Positions 22,382-36,000 of a stretch of 64,000 bases of DNA are shown one piece after another. The notes under the pieces are model-generated. The model was not told the DNA's origin. It ran no database searches and saw only the letters and a program-made list of their open reading frames with translations. The stretch's first letter is position 1. The number at the start of each line of letters is the position of its first letter. The translations under genes were made by a program, and so were the position numbers. Origin of the DNA: Amphiscolops sp. MND2022 (lineage: Eukaryota); NCBI GenBank assembly GCA_964187785.1, contig OZ076421.1, positions 48,980,001 to 49,044,000 of the forward strand, written 5' to 3'.

Positions 22382-23197
22382 CCAGGCTTCAAATTAATTT
22401 AAGCTCTCAACTTGTCTATTTTTTAGGTTCTTGTGAACAAACACCCAAATATGATGCAAAAACCTCAAATTACTAATTTCTGATTTAAATGAGCATTCTT
22501 TAGTTATGAAAGAAATGAAAAAACGATTCAGTAAAGTGTTTCAATTCTCACGAAAACCATTTTGTTCACTGGATAGTTTGCGAAATTTCTCACAAAGTTG
22601 AGATGCTCAAAACACGTCACTGTTTCTAACTTTTGAAAAGTTGAATAGAAGTCAAAAAAAGTCTAAAAGTCTCAGGAACACGATAACCCGCCAAAATGTT
22701 TAATAACATTTCACCAGAACGGGGCAACGGCAATTCATTGATTCTAAACCTTTTGAAAATGAACAAAGTGATCTGTTCACAGAAGTCAACGAAACGACAT
22801 GTTTTTTCATACATCAAAAACCAGTATATGACTTTGAGACATAGAACTCATCGTTACGTCGTCTATTTGATTCGCACATTTGGTTGGCGGTTTTTCAGAT
22901 AAGTCTTTTTCTGGAAGCTTGAAAAAATATTTTCTGAATCTGATTTATTCAAGGCTACAATTGCTTTGCGTTTTTTAAACTGCCGAAGTCCCTTTTTCAT
23001 CGGGTTGTGTTTCTGTTTCCTATGAAACCTTTTTGTTCGATGTCGATGAGATCATTGTCTAACATGAATATTTTCAACCGATTATTAATTTCCGCCCACA
23101 TATAATAGTGGAGGAAAATCACAATCTGTGTTGCGTTTTTTCTTTCTAAATTCTGCCAAATCTCCACTTTATTACTCCATTTAGTAACCTATCTTCA

Positions 23198-23240
23198 CCA
23201 TGGCGCAGTTGGTAGTGCGTCTGTCGTTCGAACCCATGGT
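23198..23240 (+). other. Truncated tRNA-like fragment or orphan PBS
   Basis: TGGCGCAGTTGGTAG (fits both an A-box and a tRNA-Ser-type PBS) followed by GTTCGAACCC (B-box). Too short for a cloverleaf. Confidence 0.3.
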
Positions 23241-23949
23241 AATGCGTTACATTTTCAGTGGAAAATATCCCGTTGCTTAGCGGGCGTCTTGTTCAGAATG
23301 GGTCCAAAAACGTCTCCAAAATGACTCGTGATCGAAAGAGGTCTGTACGGAGATAGGTTGATGTAATCTTTCTTCCCCGGTTTTTTATTAAAAGCCAAAA
23401 CTTGTGGCCCAGGCCCTTGATATGATTTTGATTAGGCAATTGTGGAATTGGATACCAGATAACAGCAGCAATTTGGGATGTAGGTTGTCGTCCATAGAGG
23501 TGGATGCAAATTTTTTCTATATTTTTGGCAGCTCGTCAATGGTTACATTCTCATTGAACCATTCACTGTTATGGCGACTTTCTTCGTCCAAAGCATTCAC
23601 TAATCCCAATTGTTCAACGACAGCGCTCAGCTCTTGAAAGAATGAACAACAGAGTGTTCCTACAAGTGCTTTTCAGTTGAGAAACTATCCATTACGACGT
23701 CGGTCAGGTCTTCGTCCGAGAAACATAGACCTCGTGAAATTTTTAGTTTCGCGTGGCAGATTTTTGTCAGGAAAAGATTTTTAAAGTATTTTCATAAGGT
23801 GCTCCCGTGTCTTTGATTTTCGATTTTGTTCTGTTGGATCCAATCTGAAGCTGCATTGCTTCATGTATCACTTTTTGTGCCTGATGCATTTTTACCATAA
23901 AACCTTAGTACTTCACTTTGAACGCATCCAAAGCCTAAACATGAAATAC

Positions 23950-24446
23950 AACAAACCGGGACCGGCCCAAGTTGGCGCCATGTCCAAGGCTCAAAAATAG
24001 CAAAAAGACTTCTAAGTGTCAAGTATTTTTTACAGTACTCGGAAATCGAAAATTTTACGGAAAAAATTTTTCTAAAAAATACATACTCAAAAAAATGGAC
24101 CGAGTGGCGCACCGGGGCCCGCTAGCGCGAGCCCCTTGCGCGCTGAAAGGGGGACACTTCCGAAATTGTCAACATTTTTGTCGCAGTTGAGGGGGTTTTG
24201 TCGCAAAACATCAAAAAATTGAAGGGGAGAAAAATTTTTATTTTCGGAAAAAAATCTCAGTGCCGAAAAAACTTGTTACGCGGGAAAACAGGAAAAACCC
24301 TTCTGAATCAGTTCGCTAGACCAAATAGTGCAATTTGGTGCAATAATATTTTGTAGAACTTTTGTAGAACTATTTTGGTCAGAAATTGAAAAAAAGAAAA
24401 GCCACTATAATAGTCGCGTTTCACTTCATGAAGCTCCGACTAAAAA
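23950..24446 (-). mobile_element. Family R Helitron2-type non-autonomous element
   Basis: Minus strand starts TTTTT-AGTCGGAGC...GCGACTA and ends GGCGCCAACT..CCG-GTCC-CGG-TTTGTT. Homologous to 36456-37048, 50915-51250 and 58591-59140. Confidence 0.7.
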
Positions 24447-24459
24447 CCATTCCAAGCCA

Positions 24460-24863
24460 AATGAAGAAGGGTCCCCCTTTCCAATTTTTGTTGGAACTAA
24501 GACTTCCAGCGCCCCCTTTTTCCGGCTTTCCGACACTTTTTTCCGAAAAATTTGAATGTCTCCAAAGGGTCCTCCCTTCATTGTTCTGACATTTTGCGTC
24601 GAGTGGGTGTTCAAGAAAGATCTAATGGGGCCATCATACATTTTTGGCACTATGCGACCGCTCAAAATTGTCATATTTCGGTTTTTTCGAAAACCTTCAA
24701 TGTCTCCAAGACGCCCTCTTCGTTTTTCCGGATAATTTCGCAACTATTTCCTGCAACAAACTCGATTTTCAAGAAGTTGAATGCGTACCCCTTTTACAAT
24801 TTTAAACACTTTCTCTTTTTGAGCCTTAGATAGTGCGGCGACTTTAGACATTGCCGTCTTATT
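24460..24863 (+). mobile_element. Family R element, 5'-truncated, opposite orientation to the preceding copy
   Basis: GGGTCC(C)CT minisatellite units and the 3' end GAGCCTTAGATAG...GGCGACT...AGAC...GTCTTATT. Confidence 0.65.
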
Positions 24864-25939
24864 CACTCTATGTAGACAATAAGATTTCTAATCAGCTGGT
24901 TCCAGATCGTTTTTTGTTTTTCTTTTTGTTGGTGGTGACATTGAAAAGCCAAGACTAGTGACCATTAGATAGCCAGTTAGACGTTCCCAGTGCGTTACAC
25001 TGTACTGTACGTGTTTTAGGTTCAGGAGTGATACTGGTCAAGACAAATACAGATTTACCATTGACTGCATAGAACGCAGGTTCTCCATCGTTTAGTACGA
25101 ATCAATCTGAGTCTTCCAGGTACATCCCAAGCACATTGCCGCTACTGTTGCTTTTGTGGATGAACCAGAGAAAACCTATTAACCTGAGGTCCCGACTGAG
25201 GATAACTACTACTATTCTCTTCGTCATAGCAACTTTTCGTGTTACTTCGAGTCTCTCTAGCAATTCTTTTACTTTGTTTACCGATGTGGGTGGAGTATAA
25301 GCTTTTGCAATGATGACTGCGATATGCATGCGGGCGATGCACCAAACTGAGACGAAAGTGTTTTTCTGGAAAGCACGTATTTCACTAGCGCTTACTTTCT
25401 TTAAGAGGGAATGGGGACCCCACATATGTTAGAATGGCGTTCGAGAGGAATAAAACTCGAAGTTTCTCGGAAATTTCTGCTGGGTCTCATTTGAAACTAT
25501 GAAGTCAGGTTGTGTATCGGAGAAATATGTTTTTATTAAAATGTTTTGGCTTTAGTCATCCGGTTTGATTTAACTGGACTGTCTTTTTTTCTCTTCGTTA
25601 GTCATTAAGGCAAAGAAGAATTTGATCTGACTTGACGCACGAACAGCTTTGAAAAGGCGTATTTCTCTGTTCATGCACTTCATTAGCACGTCCAAGACAA
25701 ATTTTACAGTGTGTGTTGTTGGCGTTGTTTTCGGATTACAAGCTGGCGCGTTTGTTCTCTTCGGTATCGTCACAGTCTACAGTAGTGTACCTTCCTGAGC
25801 ATTTCCTGCACTTCGGGGTTTCTGCTAGTTTTGGCTATGTGACCGAGAGAATTGCGTTTGCTACAGCTACCGTCGGAATTCTTTCCTCTTGCCTGAACTC
25901 AATGGCTCGCTAGTTTTGATTGTTCGGCAGTGGAGTCAG

Positions 25940-28430
25940 GGTCTTTTTGTTTATCCATTTCCATCTTCACCGTAGTGATAACTTGTTCGTTCCGTTTACC
26001 AAATCTTTGCCAGGAAAGTTGTAGCAGTTGTCAGAGTTTGTCATCAATGAACACAGGGTGTTTAGAACCTCTTTTATTGAGACGTAGTAAATCTTCAGGT
26101 TGAGTACCTGGGAAATTGTCATTTTACGTTATTAAAGTTCTTCGCCAAGTGGTCTCTCTTTTTGTTGACTGTCCTTGAGATGCATGAGTTAGATATTTAC
26201 GAAATCTTTGGCTGCACTAAGCCATCGACACATTAGGTTCACCGTGTTCGTAGTCGCCTGGACACCAGGATGAGTATCATGGGCTCGTTCGAAGACGACG
26301 TTCCGCATTCTTTCTTGAATGTAATATCTAATTCCGATGTGTACCAGTCCTTTCTCGATTGCGAGGAATCCAGATATTTTCTTAGAAACACGCTCTGCCT
26401 ACGTACATGCTTGCAAATTGCCATTGATTACATGCCCTGTCATTCGCTTCGGCGATTCATTGCGTTCACATTCACTCCCCTCCTTACCTCTTTGAATAGA
26501 ACATCATTGTGCTCCGCAGAGAGAACACATGATTCATCAAAACTGAGGTTTGAGTACTTGAGTAGATTGCACTCATCGTCATTTTGATCGCAATTGAGTT
26601 TTCTCATGGCATCGGCATGAAGAAACGAAGAATCTTCTTTGTAGTTGATCTTTTATTCAAAGATAGTATTCAAAATTGCTCACCTTGTGATTTTTGATGA
26701 AACTGTTTCTGGGAGTTCCTCGTTTGGAGCAAATGTGAATTCCACATGACGATGATCAGTTTCGAGCAAGAACTCCTGGTCAAGCAAAAACTGCCTTAAA
26801 CGTTTTACCACGAAGTCAAACGCTAAACCTTCACGCTCGAAGTTTGAGCATCGTTGTTCAACCTGAAACAGCCTCTGTGATGCATACGTTCCGTGTCGCC
26901 ATTTATCAAGTACTAATAGATCAGCAGTGAAGTCAGCGTCATTTTGTTTAGCCATATTCATCTTCCCGGTTGTGAGGGTTTGTTTGTTTCCTTTACGAAA
27001 TACTGGTGCTCCAGTCAGGAAACTTGTAGCAGTTGTCAGAGCTTGTCGTCAACGAACTTAGGGTCTTTGGAACCTCCTTTATGATGACGTAAAAAAATCT
27101 TCAGGTTGAATTTTCATTGTGCAGCAGTAGAGTGTAGGACTTAACAACATTTTACTATGCTCATTCCTTTTTCAGCCTGCTGAGATTGCATTGATTTTAC
27201 CGCCCATCCGAAATCAGACACCCAACTTTTACTCAGGTCAGAAATTGGGGTAACTTTTGAAGTGAAAATTGTGATGAACGGACCGAAGAAGTTGAACAAC
27301 CCGTAGAACAACTTGCCTTCCTTGACACTGTTGGGCGCGCATGCTCTTGCACTTCGGGTTGACTGAGGAACAGAGGTCTCAGCAATTTTCTCGGACTGGG
27401 TTGTAAAATAATTCAACTCAAGCTATTCTTCCTCCGTCATGTTGTTGTTTGCTCTGAGTGCTTCATGTAACTTAGGCTTGGATTCGCTGTCTCGCAGTCC
27501 CTTGATAGGTTGTAATCGGATGATTTCAGCTTCAGGATCCGGAAAAGCTTTGAGAAGGATAACTTTGCAGTATCGTTTCCAATAAGCATCAAGGTTGTCA
27601 GTTTCTCTGAGTTCTTCCATTGAGATATCGGAAGGCATCCAGTGCGTTCTGCAGCAACCAGTCTCTCTTGTGGATTTTAAGTAGTTCTCGAGACCCCCGA
27701 AGAAGTCTGGGTTTTATGTCTTCTGGTCGCGACAAGAATCCTGAGCTTTATCACCGCTTCGTGGCCGCATTGACTCATGAGCATGTCAGTCACTTGATAA
27801 ATTTTGCTCAGGGAGCAAAAGGCTGCTGTGAATTAGTATCTAGCGTTGCGCCGATGTCCTTTTTTTCACAAAGTCCTTCTTCTGCGCCAAAATCGAGATC
27901 GCCGGGTTGCTGCAAAATTTAGTGTTTCTCAACGAGAAATTAACTGAGCTGGCCTGTCGTGCTCAGAATAGCAGTCGTGATATGGATGATTTGACAGTCG
28001 AACCTTTTCAACTGAACAAAGATAATCGATGATCATGTATGTTGGCATTGTACTTTGCAAAAAACGTTTGTGAGATTTCGCGCTGAAGCTGACAGCTGGA
28101 TAACACTCTGATGTTGATAGTTGTTACAACTGTGGGGTGTAATAGTCTTAGTAATCTGCTTGTGCCACAGTGGCATTCTCATGTTTTTCAGTTCATAATT
28201 TCGAGATAGCAGTAAACATCATTTGATTCGTTTGCGGACTCTGGATTCAAGCAAAAACCGGACCAGTGGATACATATTCTCGTAGTTGCTGATACAAACT
28301 GATTTGAAGCTACTCAATAGAATCGTTGAGTGAACTGGCGACAATAAATTTGAGCCTTCCAATCTTCAAATATTTTAGATATTTTCTTCTGCTGCTTAAA
28401 ACTGTTCGTTAACAAGTTTCCTTGCAAGAA
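25940..28430 (-). mobile_element. Scrambled Gypsy (family B-like) relic: gag plus an RNase H/integrase fragment
   Basis: ORF 26680-26961 (EREGLAFDFVVKRLRQFLL..ETDH) matches 34528-34911. The HPGVQAT remnant at ~26250 matches 34120-34353. 27400-28400 is homologous to the gag region 37180-37940. Confidence 0.75.
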
Positions 28431-28434
28431 CATA

Positions 28435-29215
28435 GACCTGCAACTCGATCAGCAGCATCGGATTTGGATTGGTTCACGTCTCCGAGCCAACATCTGTTTT
28501 GCGCATGCGTGCCACTGTAGTAAAAGTCGATTGGGACGGTTTAAACGGTCTTTTTCTTACACTGGTCGCTTCTCACGTCATGCTACTCTCAATTCTCCCA
28601 TAAAGCATACGTTGGGATCTCTCGATTTTCCTTCAAGGCTCGAACCGCGTGGACTGTACCGAACTGATGGTGTTACCATGATTTTTTGGGAAATGGGTAA
28701 ACAGCTCAGCTGGCATGGGATGTCACAGTTGTGGATGCTCCTGCACCCAGTCGTCAAGGCTCTTTATGCAATCCGGGAATCACCGCCACCGAGGCTGAAG
28801 CGCGTAAAAATGAGAAGTATCGCCAATTAATAAACAATGGATACATTTTTCAACCGGAGGCCATGGAGTTACAGGGTTCTTTCACCACGCATCTCTGTAA
28901 ACTGCCCTGTCCCTCGCACGACGATCAACCGAGCCGGCAGCTTTTTGAAGACACGGATTTCAATGACTCTTCGGATCGGCAATACGGCCTGTGTTCTAGG
29001 AACTGTGAGCAACAGAGATGCGTTCGAAGAACTATATTACATATAGTTTTTCTTAAACCTCTATAACATTGCAGTTATAAAAAAACTTCTCGGTAGACTG
29101 GGATGGTGGCTGGTACGGGGTTTCCTCCTTTCGGTGCAGACAACGGGTGTATGTCTTCTCAACCACCCCCAACATGATGACACACATGGTGCTGGATTGA
29201 TGACGAATGTCATGA
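28435..29215 (+). mobile_element. CRE-like RLE non-LTR retrotransposon (family D), 3' fragment, decayed copy 1
   Basis: GRFSRHATLNS..EPRGLYRTDG and RISMTLRIGNTACVLGTVS match 48800-49379. The shared 3' UTR follows. Confidence 0.9.
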
Positions 29216-29221
29216 GGGACA

Positions 29222-31373
29222 ATACTACTCGCAGGACGTTTCTATTTGATAAGGAGTCATCTGAAACATACATACAACAATTGGGCTAACATAAATAACA
29301 CAACGACATTATATACCAGTATTAAGAACTACATATATATAAATTACCTTCATAACACTACTTCCCGCTTCGAAAGTTTCTAGTTTGTCGCCAACACAAA
29401 TTCGCCGAGGTATGTTTCCTGTTCCTTGCCGAGCGTCGCAAGGTGGGAGCAGGAGAGTCCGGACTGACTTGAGATTCCTCAACTGGTTCCACGGAATCAA
29501 GTGGCTCACACTGGGTTCCGATGTCAGTCTCTACGTTGGTCTCCTTGTCTCTGCACTGAACGTTCCTTCGTTGTCAACATCCGGCGGTCGTCGAGAAAAG
29601 TCACAGGTAGAAACAATGTCAACTCGCCCATCGCCCGAGGAGACTCGTGCAAAGTGAGGGGAGATTACTTCGGCAATCTGTACAGGCACAACTGGAGCTT
29701 GGTCTTTTGTCCTTGCGAATTTCCTGAGGTACATGGGAGTGTCTGCCTTGAGCCAAGGTGCACTCTTGGAGGGACGGATCAGTGGCTCATCTCCTTGGTG
29801 ACGGTATTGATGAGTGTCCGTATCGACGTGAGCGCCGATTGTAGGACACCTTCACAATCAGAGAGTGGGTGGCTTGCGGAGTGTCACAGGCACTTAACGG
29901 AGTGTAACAGGCACTTAACTTCCACACAGTTCCGTTGTAGCGATTGTTTTGGCCATTGCCTTGAGAGTGGTAGGGCTTAATTTTGGAGGTCGCAACTTCA
30001 TTTTGGCGACAGAACTTTTGGATTTCCGATGACATGAATTGTGTGCTCCGGTCGGAGTGATGAAGCGCAAGTGCATCCCGAAGATGGCAAAACGTGTCGA
30101 AAGACATTTGATGACGCTACTAGACTTGACGTTCCGGAGGAGAAAGCGAACCGAAATCTACTAAAATCATCCACCACTTTGAGAAGGTATTGATTGTTGC
30201 TTCGAGTCATTGGTTTGAGGTCAAAAATGTCAATTGATAACCCATCGCAAGGTTAAGATGATTGGATAAGATCTCTGTCCGGGATCCGCGGTTTCCATAC
30301 AGCGCACGTTTTGCAGTTCTCAGTATCCTTTTACGCCTCATCCAAGGCGATTTGGACGTTGTGCCTTTGAATGTAGTCGTACAGTCTGGTCAGTCCCGGA
30401 TGTGCAAGTGTCTCGTGTACGGTTTTACAGCTGGGCTGTGTGGTCGCTAATCGAGACACGGCGTCTGCCGGCACGTTCTGAAAACCCATCTGTAAATTTA
30501 TTGCGAAGTTGTATTCCGATACTTCCAAGCGCCAGTGAATCAACTTCTCATTTTTTTACTCTGAAAGAGTTGGGTCCGAGTATGAAAGAGCGCTCTTGGT
30601 CGGTGCGACCTAGTACCCCTGACGTACGTAATAGGTCCGAGAAACGGCGAAAACTTTCCCTGATAGCCATAGCTTCCCGTTCGACAACCGTGTACGCCAT
30701 TTCGCTATGTTTCGAAGTTCTCGAGAAGAAGCCGACAGATTTGCCGCCCTGACTGAGTGTCGCTCCGATACCGGTTCCAGACGCGTCATTTTGGAGAACG
30801 AGGGGGTCGTTTGCCCGTGGAAGCCAAAGTACAGCGGAGGCAACAGCCTTCTTGAGAGTTGCGATAGCCAATCGAGAACCTTGATTGAGCGGAAAAGCCA
30901 GTTGTTTCTTTGCTTCGAGCAGAGGAGCAACCTCATTTGAGTAATCGGCAAACCACTTTGCGTTGCAAGCCAAAAATCCATGAAATTGTTCCTCGCAAGA
31001 GTTTGAGTGTTGCCGGTTGGTAAGTCGTTGCCTCTGGCGAACAGCACGATCAGATCGTACCGAGCTTTTACAGGTGAGAAGGATCTCCCGTTTTCAACTT
31101 GTGCACCTGGTAGGACGAGGATATTGATGTTAGGGAACGTCAGGTGCCTTCCTTGAGAATCCGTGATAATCAGGTTACGAGTGGGTAAGGTCGTGAGTTG
31201 ATAACGCGTGATGAATTTACAATTAGAATTGTCTTGACGAAAAACGCTACTTGCAGGAAGTTTCTATTCGATAAGCATTGATCTGAAGCATACAAACAAC
31301 AATTAGGCTAACAGAAATAACACAGCGACAGTTATTACCAGTATTAATAATAACTATATATATCCGTCCATCA
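29222..31373 (-). mobile_element. Internally deleted Ty3/Gypsy element (family F) with short LTRs
   Basis: Direct repeats at ~29222-29357 and ~31243-31373. Minus-strand PPT GAAGCGGGAAGTAG then TGTTATG. RNase H LQNDASGTGIGATLSQ..EREAMAI (30548-30973); HETLAHPG; VVDDFSRF; HSDRSTQF..GNGQ integrase core. Confidence 0.85.
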
Positions 31374-31599
31374 TGCTTTCTGGTGCAATGCAAGTTAATC
31401 GAGATTTTTTTTATTCCTTGAATTGAGATTAAGTAAGTGTCGGGAATAGAGAAAGATCTTTATCCGAGACGTTTTATGGGATGATATGCACTGTTGGCTC
31501 GGTTGATCTAGCGTCAACCAGGAAAATTGTAAAAAAAATTAAAGCGAACTAAAAGTTTTCTATGCCAGATTCTGAGGTCCAGTATCCTGGTAAGCAGGG

Positions 31600-33023
31600 G
31601 CAATCCGGGAGGCACTAATGATCGAAAACCAAGCCCTCGGACACAGTATTTTTGACAAAATCAACGCCCCGAGAGTCCGAAAAACAACCATGGTAACGCA
31701 AGGTAGCCGCGAACTATCTGGCGTCGACGCCAACGACTGGGGCAGGTGGCATTCAAATTTCGGTCAAGCCTCTACGTACCTTTGCAAGGCTCTGGCGGCA
31801 TTTGCCCGGAGAGTCGCAACAGAACAAATGAAAGAACTGACTCCCTACAACGCATGTCGACTCATACCACTTAACTAAAACCCAGGTGTCAGATAAATCG
31901 GAGTGGACGAAATCATCAGCCGCATAATTACGGGGAACATTCTTCGATGCATCGGAAACGATCTCAAGCTTTTGGATCATAATAGGTAACTCTGCCTTGG
32001 TCAAAAATGTGCCATCGAACACGCCAATCACAGTTTACGTGAGACGTTTGAGATGCCAGAGACAGACGGGCTTCTCACCTTTGACACCAAAAACGCGTTC
32101 AAAAGTCTGAAAAGGGATCTGGCACTGAAAAAATATCAGAAATCCTGTCCATCTAACATAACAGCGCTCTCTTACACCTTCGAATACTTACGTGAATAGG
32201 AAAACTCTGTTGTCGCAAGAGGGAACTACTCAAGGCGACCCTCTTGCTATGTACATGTATGGCATTGCGCTTCTACCGACCTCGTGACCGAAGAAGGAGT
32301 GCTTCAAATTTCGTATGGTGTCGATGGCTTTGTAGCCGGTAGCATCGAATCGCTCCGAAATCTCTTCGGAACGTTGAAGCTCCACGGTCCGGCATTCGGA
32401 TACAACATCGCCAAATGCCACCTTATCACGGAATAGTCCTATCTGGACAAAACAAAAGACATCTTTAAAGACGAGGATAATGAACTGGTGGGAGGACATC
32501 GTATACTGGGGCCCGTTAAACTCGCTGAGTACGCGAACATTGTAAACAAACTTGCGTCACATGCGAAAAAGTCACTACTGAACGTCTATCATTCATGTAC
32601 GAAAGGTGTTCACAACAAACTCACCTTCCTGTCAACAACACCTGACATAGAAAACACACTACAAATTACCGAATCTCTCTTAACGACGAAATTGATCCCC
32701 AACATCACCGGCCGTGGTCAGCCATCTGTAACAGAACGTTTTCTTCTCTCCCAACCCCTCAGCAAAGGTGTGCTGGAAATCGTTTCACCCCGAGACAGGA
32801 GAAACGATCTGCAGTGGTAAAAAGCTGCTACTTCTCATTTAGCTTTAACCATCGCCGAAGCAAAACTCAACAGTAAACATTTTAAAGAAACAGACGCAAG
32901 AAATTCAAAACATGCAGCTTGAAGCTGTCAAAAGCAACTTGAATGACAAACAACGACAAGCAGCTACATTTGTTTTGAAAAAAGTGCATCCTGTTGGCTA
33001 GAATAGCCCCCACTGAAACGGTA
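31600..33023 (+). mobile_element. CRE-like non-LTR element (family E), RT part, decayed
   Basis: SGVDANDW..FGQAS..LCKALA..ACRLIPLN; KNAF; GTTQGDPLAM; ends at KGASCWL..PLKR. Continues at 38120. Confidence 0.85.
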
Positions 33024-33033
33024 AGAATGCAGG

Positions 33034-36000
33034 TCGTGTTTCCTGCAGGTCAAAACTTTTTTCTATAAAAGCTGATATTTGTGTGTGAACCTCAAGGAAC
33101 CTACAGCAGTTTATAATAAAGACATTAGAAAGTATATATATCATCTCCCTTCCAAGAGTTCTCATGGTAACCTGCAAATGTAGTCGTTACGCTTCGAGTT
33201 CGGTTTCCTGACACGTGCAGACCTCGTAATCGGGACCTCAGTAGTAGTTGAAGACTCCACAACCAAAGACGTGTCTCTGCTAGAAACGCATGTCGAAACT
33301 TGTTCCGCCACTCCCGTGGTTGTAGTACCATCTGTAGTTGATTCGGCTGTCACTAGATCAAGAGCAACGGTAGTTCGCCTGGCTAAGGTAGCAATTTGGC
33401 TAGTTCTTGTTAGAATTGTTCTTTCAAACCCGTCTGAAATTTTCTGAGTGAGCCATGCTGTTATTTTGCCCTTCCGAACACTATGTATCGCAGGAAAATA
33501 TGCAGCGTGAGGTCCAGCCCGAAAAACCACAAGCTCTCTGATAGAATAATTGATGACAGCAGGGAATTGCATTTTGCTTCGACGCAGAACTTTCGAGGGC
33601 GTCTTCCCTCTCATGGAAGAAGTGTTACGGTGTGTGAACAGGACTCGCTGCAGAAAAGCATGGAAACTGGCACAAAGAGACGAGTTCTATACCCTCATTG
33701 CTTTCTTTACGTCTGCACAGCCCGTCCGGCAAGTCCCTTACTCCTTGGATTGTAGATTGGACTCTCTATTTTATTGCAGTTTTGAACCTGTAACCACGTG
33801 ACAACTTTTCTTTGGCATTGTTGGAAACTTTTATGTGCGGGACCCCAAATCTCGCAAGCAAGGCGTACAGACAGTATATGACTTTTTCCGTTCGCCGATC
33901 GTTACATATGAACGCTTTTATCCAACCAGAGCCGAATAATACGCATGTTGCCTACTTCTTGGATTTAAACCCAATCCATTTGTCGTTATCTCTCCCTTTG
34001 TTGTGCACCTGGCCAAGTATCTGCCGATTTCTCATTTAGTGGTCGGATTTTTGCACGATCAGAGCAGACATTTTTCATTTGACACTTTCAGAGCCGATTC
34101 AGAGCAGACACTTTTCATTTCAGATTTTTTCAACATCGTTTCTGACCCCAGGCCACCACGACATTAGGTTCACCATGTTCTTAGTCGCCTGGACATCAGG
34201 ATGCGTGTCATGAGCTCGTTCAATTATGATGTTCCTCTTTCTTGGAGGAATGTAAGGTCTAGTCCCGTTGAATAGCAGCCCGGTCTCGACATTGAGAAAC
34301 CAGATACTTTTTGAAGACACTCTGTACTCGAGTACATGCTTTCCATTCGCCATCGACTACAGGCCTGATTTTTCACTCTGCCAGTTCATCGCGTTCACGT
34401 TCGCTCCTCAACTCTTCGAATGGAATGAGTTCACGCTCGGCAAAGTGAACACAGAATTCATCAAGATTTGAACTTTAGTAGTCGACTAGATTGCACTCGT
34501 CGTCATTCTGATCGAAATCCAGTTAACTCATGGGGTCGGCATGAGGAATTGAAGAACCATCTTTGTTTTTAATCTGATATTCGAAGGCCCTAACCGGAAA
34601 TGACCATCTGGTGATTCTTGCAGATACGGTTTCTGGGAGTTCCTTGTGTGGAGCAAATGTGAATTCCACAGGACGATGATCAGTTTCGAGGTTGATCTTC
34701 CGCCCAAGTAAAACTGCCTTAAGCGTCTTACCACAAAAACAACCGCTAGGGATTCACGCTCATTGTTAGAGTACCTTTGCTCAGCTTGAGTCAAGGTCTT
34801 TGATACATAAATTACAGGGTGCCCCATCTGAGATAGGATTCCACCAATAGCTTTCACAGATGCATCAGTTGTCATCGTTACTTCCTGTTGTCGGAGAATA
34901 GGGCTGAACAACAGGTTTCGATGCTAGGTCAGACTTCAGCCTTTCGAATGCACGTTGAAACTTTCGGTCCACTGGAACTGAGCCTCCGACCTTTTCCTCA
35001 GACCAGAAATTGGGGCAATTTTCGATGTGAAGTTCGGAATGAACCGGCCGTAGAAGTTGACTAATCCGCAAAAGTGTTCGACTTCCTTACCACTTTGAGG
35101 AGAATGGATTTTCCTGACTTTATTGACAAGGCAATCATCGGCCCCAATACCGCTTCCTGAAATTATGAAGCTGAGAATAAAAATTCACCATGATATTTCC
35201 AGACTTGATTTCATTAATGGTGTACTCCTTGTCTTCCAGGCGATCCTGAACTGCCCTCAAACGCTTCTCACATTGACTTTTTGTTCTTCCGTGTACCAGT
35301 ACGTCGTCCTCAGAACAGATAGTTCCAACCAACACTTTGAGAGTGTTCTCCTTTGTCCGCTGGATCTTTCCGGATGCGTTTTGCATTCCTTGAGGTAGCA
35401 TGAGTAACTTGAAGAGACCGAGCGTTGTGCTAATGACACAAATTTCTTGCGCTGCATCATGGAACATTATTTGGTAATAAACAGATTATGAGTCAATCTT
35501 GACATAAATCTTTGCTCCTTCCAGCTCGTGAATTAATGTTTCCATGTCGGGAAGAGGTTAGTCTTCAGTCATGATCTTATCATTTACATGAACTGAAGTC
35601 TGCACAAAGCCGAAAGGATCCGTCTTTCTTCCTTTGCCACGCGACTGGCGAGGCATTCATGACACCTCCAGGATCGACTGGGGCAATGCATCCGTGTGCC
35701 TGAAATTTTGCCAATTCAATATTGACTTGGGCTTCCATGGCAAGTGGAACTTTCCGAGCGCGAGAAAAAACAGGTCTTGCATCAGCTTTGATTTGATAGT
35801 GGCTTTGACTTCTTTAATGGCAGGCAACACTTTTACATCAGACAAAGACGCGTTGTGAATATGATCAACTCGGGTCACTTCTGCGCCGATCATTCCGAAT
35901 TCTTCCTCGGAGTCATTGCATGCAACGTCAACGCTAAGAATTTTTCCCTAGGGATCTCACACTTTAGATGACCACGATAAAGCATTCTGTGTCCATCATA

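Larger units (their letters stand above)
23270..25900 (-). mobile_element. Decayed I/Jockey-group LINE (ORF1 knuckles, APE, RT N-terminus), split by family R insertions
   Basis: Minus strand: LGHIAK...KCRKCSG knuckle remnant at ~25780-25870; APE-like AYTPP and VILSRDL in ORF 25102-25425; KKPGKKDY...YRPLSITSHFG at ~23300-23400. Confidence 0.65.

Noticed and set aside
23950-24863. One large MITE with long TIRs
   Set aside because: The left copy has its own complete 5' end at ~24443, and the two ends are from different subfamilies, so these are two adjacent R elements.
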